A stretch of DNA of 63,945 nt, counting the filler, from Piptocephalis cylindrospora (lineage: Eukaryota): the NCBI GenBank assembly GCA_003614145.1. It is 3 parts of 3 records of this genome, joined end to end, with 100 filler letters (N's around TTAATTAATTAA, not from the genome) between each part and the next. Parts side by side here need not be neighbours in the genome. Positions count along the whole stretch, not along the records: positions 45,356 to 63,945 come from KZ987833.1; 2 more parts are not named here. The stretch is one strand, 5' to 3'. The notes below the pieces were generated by a model. The model ran no database searches. It saw only the letters and a list, made by a program, of their open reading frames with translations, and was not told the origin of the DNA. Of the stretch, positions 58,744-63,945 are shown piece by piece (position 1 is the first letter of the stretch; the number at the start of each line of letters is the position of its first letter). Both the position numbers and the translations under genes were made by a program.

Positions 58744-60313
58744 ATGTGGGCCCTTACTCGAAAACAATGTGCTCTTTCTCAAACTCTTTGGTCTAGAACA
58801 ATCGTTCATGTATCACATAAAGCTCTGGCCTCATCCTCCGAACCTGGGACACCAGTAGATTGGCGACCAAAACACGCCTTTACTCCTCCGGAACGCGTCA
58901 TGAACTGGTACCCCGGTCACATGGTCAAAGCTCTAGCCTCCATCCAATCCATCCTACCTACGGTGGATCTGGTGATTGAGGCTAGAGATGCCCGACTTCC
59001 CCTGTCCTCCTTAAACCCGGCCTTTGAAAAACTGACTGCAGGTCGTCCAAGACTACTCGTCTTTAATAAGGCCGACTTGGCTGAGGAAGCAGGAAGACAT
59101 GATTTAGAGAATAATCTTTCCGGTACCAGGGTAATTTGGACAGACTCGCGTAAAGATGCTACGGTGCGTGAGATAATTCGATACGCTGTCGGTAAGCCCT
59201 ATCGTACATACATAACTAACTAGGTGAGATGACATGTGCCTTCTCACTTCTTGTCCCTTGACCCATTGCGAATAGACTTGGCCTCTTCCAATCCCCAACG
59301 ATATCCCATGCTCACAGCCTTAGTCGTTGGGATGCCCAATGTGGGGAAGTCATCCTTGATCAACGCCATTCGTCGCCTAGGCGTACGACGAGGTAAGTCT
59401 ATTTCTTTGAGATGCATGGCCCGGTGGGGCCATACTTCCCATTCCTTCTTTCCATACAAAAGTGCTCATCCCGTTGCCTGGGGATGGTGGAGTAGGGAAG
59501 GCCGCTTCCACAGGGAATCAACCTGGGGTAACGAGAAAGGTGGCAGGGACCATCCGTGTTCATAATAATCCACACGTCTACTTGATTGACTCCCCGGGGG
59601 TTATGCTGCCTTATTTGGGGGATCCGATCACAGCCATCAAGGTGGCCTTGACAGGTGAGTATAGACTGGGGCTTTTGCGTATGAGCTATGTATATGGTGG
59701 GATGGTGAAAACGGCATGGTTTGACAATCCTCCTTGACCAATCTGGTCTCGTAGGCGGTATCCCTGATAAGGTAGCAGAGCCGGAAATACTAGCCGAATA
59801 TCTACTTTATCAGCTGAATCAGCGCGGTCGCCTTTCGTACGTACCTTCCATACCCCCTATTTGATTGCGATCCATCATCCTCACGCTCGTCGGTACATTC
59901 CTCTTCCTAGCTATGTGGATGAGTACAAGATGGATGGACCAACAGAGGATGTAGTAAAGTTTTTAACAGCTGTGGCTCGGAGGACCGGGGCCTTGGTCCG
60001 AGGTCAGGGTCCGGATCTGCAGCAAGCTGCGAATTTTGTCGTGCGTAGATTTCGGGAGGGTAAATTTGGACCAATGACCTTGGATGATGATATGGGAGAT
60101 CCAGAGAAAGTACGGGTCTGGGCGAGGCATCTTCAAGGTCTGGGGGATACTGGCCAGGGGGACCAGCAGGAGGAAATGGAGGGGGATCAGGAGTCACAAG
60201 GATGGGTAGCTCCCTGGGAGATACAGAGTAAGCGATCAGTAAAACGAGCAGAGCACCAGATGAAGCTAAAGGCCAAGAGGGAAAGGAGGAAAAAGCCTTC
60301 TGGAGGAAAATAG
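58744..60313 (+). CDS. MTG1: Mitochondrial ribosome-assembly GTPase (RbgA/YlqF family), multi-exon
   Basis: NWYPGHM, EARDARLPLSS, NKADL, GMPNVGKSS, PGVTR, LIDSPG, FREGKFG in circularly permuted GTPase order. Confidence 0.93.
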
Positions 60314-60415
60314 AGGGGCACGAGGAGTACGTGAAGCCTTATTTGGAGACAATAGACATCGCTATTTTATATCCCGGCAGAATGGAGATGCTGTTAAAGA
60401 GATGTAAAGTATGCA

Positions 60416-61548
60416 TCACAAAGAGCAGTAGACCATTCCAAGGGGCCTTTACATCCTGGGCATGAACCCTGGATAGGAAGGAGGGTCGTGGGAAGGAGCT
60501 TGGACCCTAGAAGATGATGAGCCAAGCACCGAAGGTGGGATGCGGCAAAACACTCCGCTTCACGACATCCTAGCCATTGATCTTTATGCTAATCATCATG
60601 AGTGGGATGAGTAGAGAATAATGGCTGAGAGAGATAGAAGCGGTTTTTAAGAGCATGTTCTTACCATTAACCCCAAGGATTTCTGGCACACAGCACATTG
60701 GGGATTGGGAGAAAGACGAAAGACACCCTTTAACCACGATTTTCGAGAAGCAGCTTGATTTCCTATGTTGGTGACCGAAATGGTGGCCAGGTAATGGGTC
60801 GGAAGGGGAGAAGCAAAAAGAGAGAGTAAGCCAACTGTAAGTTTTTCCTATTTTCCCGATTAATCATTGATAGCATACGTCTTGCTTGTCCTTGGTCAGC
60901 AAAGTCAAACGGCAGGTCTTCAATACTACCAAAATGATATCGATCATCGTCCTCCTCCGTGGGTAACCGAGAGGCTCGTAAGAGGCTCATCACCTCTGTA
61001 TCCGGGACACACACGCACAATGGAAGCCGTTTCCAGGCGGGAAGATCCAGCATGATGGCCAGTACCTTGACCCTTCCCTCCAACTTTCCCTTGCTTATCT
61101 GATCATGAAGCGTGGGTGAAGAGGATGGAGAAGTACCGATGAGGTCGTGAAAGTGTCGAGATCGACTGGGCTTTTGCCAGACCCATTCAAATTTCAGCGC
61201 GGCCATCTTGCTCGGGAATCCATAGACAAGAGCCGCCATCTCCCTAAAGAAGGAAAGTGATGAAGGCAGTAGATTGAGCTGGTGTTCTAGCCTAGATAGC
61301 TAGCAAGTGGTACCCCTTCTAATATTTTAGATGGATGGTGGAGTACACTTGACTTACCAAGGCCTTTTCGCATGAGTTGCTCGAGCTCCACTAGCTAACT
61401 CGCCATTGTGTTGCCGTAATCGGCGTATGGGATGCGGAGTGGAGCCGACATACGTGTGTTTCCGGTATCCCTTCTTCCCTGATCGTAACAAGTAGCACGC
61501 ATAAAAGTGCTGCGCCCTGTCTTCGAGTCCTTGAGATCTCTCTGTCAT
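60416..61548 (-). CDS. SLX1: Structure-specific endonuclease subunit Slx1 (GIY-YIG + RING), 4 exons
   Basis: [49 protein letters not shown], then CAVC..C..C..H..C..CPGC. Confidence 0.93.
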
Positions 61549-61976
61549 ATTATTATTAAGCACTTGTGCAAGCCGAAGCACGGACAAGCAGAGTGATAAG
61601 GGTGGGGGATAAGGAAGGAAAAAAGAGAGACGGATTTAAGCTCCATGGGTACACTATTCGCGGATGCATTGTTGTTTACATTGAGTGACTGTGCAAGCCT
61701 GACCTAGTGGGCCCATTTGCGCTTAATCGCCTAGTCACTCATCTCCGATTCCCACAGATGCGTTCATGTAAAGTAGTGTTCACGAGCCACCAGAAATTAT
61801 GAGGGAAGGTCACCTAATCCTATGATTACCTTACATCCTTCCAACAGGAATGGACGCTCCCGGGGAAGCCCTTCTGCCAAGAAACTACGTCCTATATTGA
61901 AGCCCTAATTCTATTTGGGATTTCCAGCTCTCCTTACCCCTCCTCCCATCCTCTTATCTCATCCGTGTCTGTGGCC

Positions 61977-63556
61977 TTAGTACCAGATAGATCGAGTATG
62001 GTGGATGGGGATGCTCTTCAAGGATTCAGACTCCCTCTTGGCATAGTCCCAGAGGAAAAAATCAAGGAGGACTGCATTAGTATGGATCCCTTTCTCCTGG
62101 AGCTCTTGACGAATGCACTCGACGGCATGGATGCTTCCTCCACGGATCTCGCACTCTCGCTCAGATCCAGGAAGGATAGGGACACGTTCACTCAGATCTT
62201 GCCACAGGCCATCCCCGTACTCCAGAGCCCCGATGGCAATAAGGGCTTGGGGCACTCGGTAATCCGCAAACATGGTCAAGGAGTCAATGTCATCAAACTG
62301 TCCCAGGCCTTGCGCATCGCAACAGGCCCAAATATCCGCCACGAGGATCTGAGCACGTTTGTAAAAAGCCACTAAAGAGGAAAAGATGGTAAGCCAGATG
62401 AGGTGGGATGGCTGGTAGAAAGTAGATGAGAGTAAAGCAGCTCCCTCCACACATACCCTCCCTTCCTTGGTAGAGATGAGCGTCGCGGAAACAGGGAAAG
62501 TTGCTCACAATCAGTCTGACCAGGGCAGTAGCTGAGTGTCCGGCTTGACGAATACATTCTATAAATGAGCCTTGAAATTCCTATGAGTTTAGTGGAAACA
62601 GATGGTGAGTGGATGCTTGAAGGCCATCTTTTGGCTCACTTGCTTAATATATCTCCAATCTTACCTTGAGTAAAATTTGACCACATTCCCTCAACACCTT
62701 GATGCGTTCTTCAAGTAAGGGAATAGCATCCGCGGTATCGCTACGGAAGACCAACGCCAGCTCATTATCACTTGCCCGAGCAAACCACGCAGGATCTGTG
62801 ATAGGAGTTCCCGAAGCCAGTGCTGATGCCACCATGCGCGGCGATCGTGGGTGGGTGAGTACAAGGCAAGTCTATCTCCCGTCCTCCTGTCGCCCTCCAA
62901 TCTTACCTCGGTTAATGCAAGCACATAGCGACCAGTAGCCTGGATAAAAGATGATAAGTCTAGTGTACCTATGCCCTAGTCAGGTATCGCCAAATCGATG
63001 GGCCTACCAGTCCAAAGAACGCCTTCCCATCGAACGCCGTAGCGTGAGGGATCACTTTCGGGGCGTTCGGTCCAAAAGGAAAAATTTAAGGCATCCACCA
63101 CAAAGATCCTATTGAGGCGAAATGAATGTATGGGTCGATGATGAGGATATTGCCTCCTCGCATGCCCTATGTACGACCTACCAAGCTATGGTCTCTTCCG
63201 AAGGCGCCGAAGGATTCAACTGATGCTTTCCCCACTCTTTTCGGGAGTAATTACTCTCCTTCATTGCACGACCAATCTATCCTGGCAAGCATGGATAGTT
63301 AGATATGGCATGACAAAGGTGGTTGTAATCCTCCTCCAGGAGTATTCCCCTAAAGTATCTGGGCGACTTACCCAGTCAGCGGCCTTACATACCCCAGCCT
63401 CGCTTACCCGGACCTCTTTGGCGTTCTGGAAAAGTATAGGAGCAGATGCTGATTATAAGCACCATATTCATTTCGGCTTGATGTCGGCCCTCTTATCCCT
63501 TCACTACTTACGTTGGCGATAAAAGCAGCGCTTTCACGGACACTAAGGGGGGACAT
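61977..63556 (-). CDS. QNG1: Queuosine salvage protein (QNG1/C9orf64/DUF2419), multi-exon
   Basis: VRESAAFI, VDALNFSFW, GYWSLCACINR, IPLLEERI, FPCFRD, FYKRAQILVADIW, TMFADYRVPQ, ECEIRG, DFFLWD, HHTRSIWY. Confidence 0.92.
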
Positions 63557-63665
63557 GAGGATAAGGAAGAAGATAGAGAGAAAAAGGGTCCTTTTAAATT
63601 TGGCACGAGATGTAGGGTCCTATCCACAACCTGATCAGCCTTTCCTGGTGGGACCAAAAAGGAAC

Positions 63666-63739
63666 TGCTCACTACAGGGGTCGAACCTGTGACATTCGCG
63701 TTATTAGCACGACGCTCTAACCAACTGAGCTAAGCGAGC
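63666..63739 (-). tRNA. tRNA-Ile(AAT)
   Basis: 74-nt cloverleaf GCTCGCTTAGCTCAGTTGGTTAGAGCGTCGTGCT-AAT-AACGCGAATGTCACAGGTTCGACCCCTGTAGTGAGCA. Confidence 0.94.
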
Positions 63740-63798
63740 GGGTGTCTTGTCGAGACTTCTTTTCGTTCTCTTCTGTGCACGATGGGAATCGTGGATGT

Positions 63799-63945
63799 CT
63801 GGGGGGATGGATGCTTGTTACTCCCTTGGTCTCTCAATCAGATGTAGAACCAAGGTATATTGCTCTCTCATCTCTCGATGCACTTACCTGGGGGGATGGA
63901 TGCTTGTTACTCCCTTGGTCTCTCAATCAGATGTAGAACCAAGGT
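63799..63945. repeat. Direct repeat: 58 bp identical, period 89 bp, running off the window end
   Basis: 63799-63856 is identical to 63888-63945. Confidence 0.93.

Noticed and set aside
61977..63739. Queuosine salvage gene next to a tRNA gene
   Set aside because: Queuosine modifies Asp/Asn/His/Tyr tRNAs, not Ile(AAT); probably coincidence.
63882..63891. ACTTACCTGG, like the U1 snRNA 5' end
   Set aside because: No U1 stem-loops or ATTGCAC loop follow within the window, and it overlaps the direct repeat.
63799..63945. CRISPR-like repeat-spacer-repeat appearance
   Set aside because: Eukaryotic context, only two copies, 58-bp repeat and no cas genes.

Overview
Eukaryotic, intron-containing fungal genomic DNA (about 50% GC, short GT-AG introns, CT-rich 5' leaders). 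Gene content points to an early-diverging fungus: an MRCK/DMPK-type kinase, an HMIT-like inositol transporter and a GAF hybrid histidine kinase. A Zoopagomycota-like parasite is plausible, but that is inference. The window is three pieces (1-22581, 22682-45255, 45356-63945) joined by artificial N44-TTAATTAATTAA-N44 spacers, so adjacency across those points is unsupported. Housekeeping genes: VPS10, allantoicase, hybrid HK, AGC kinase, TPR-MBL hydrolase, RPB4, inositol transporter, EMP47/ERGIC-53, IML2/TTC39, Vps3/TGFBRAP1, MTG1, SLX1, QNG1, plus three tRNAs. The most interesting region is a ~10 kb same-strand run of four secreted-protein genes (28.6-38.8 kb): a secreted APP1-like phosphatase, a tandem pair of diverged orphan paralogues with homologous leaders, and a fascin-like beta-trefoil. 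It looks like an effector island. All family calls come from motifs recognised by eye; no searches were run.
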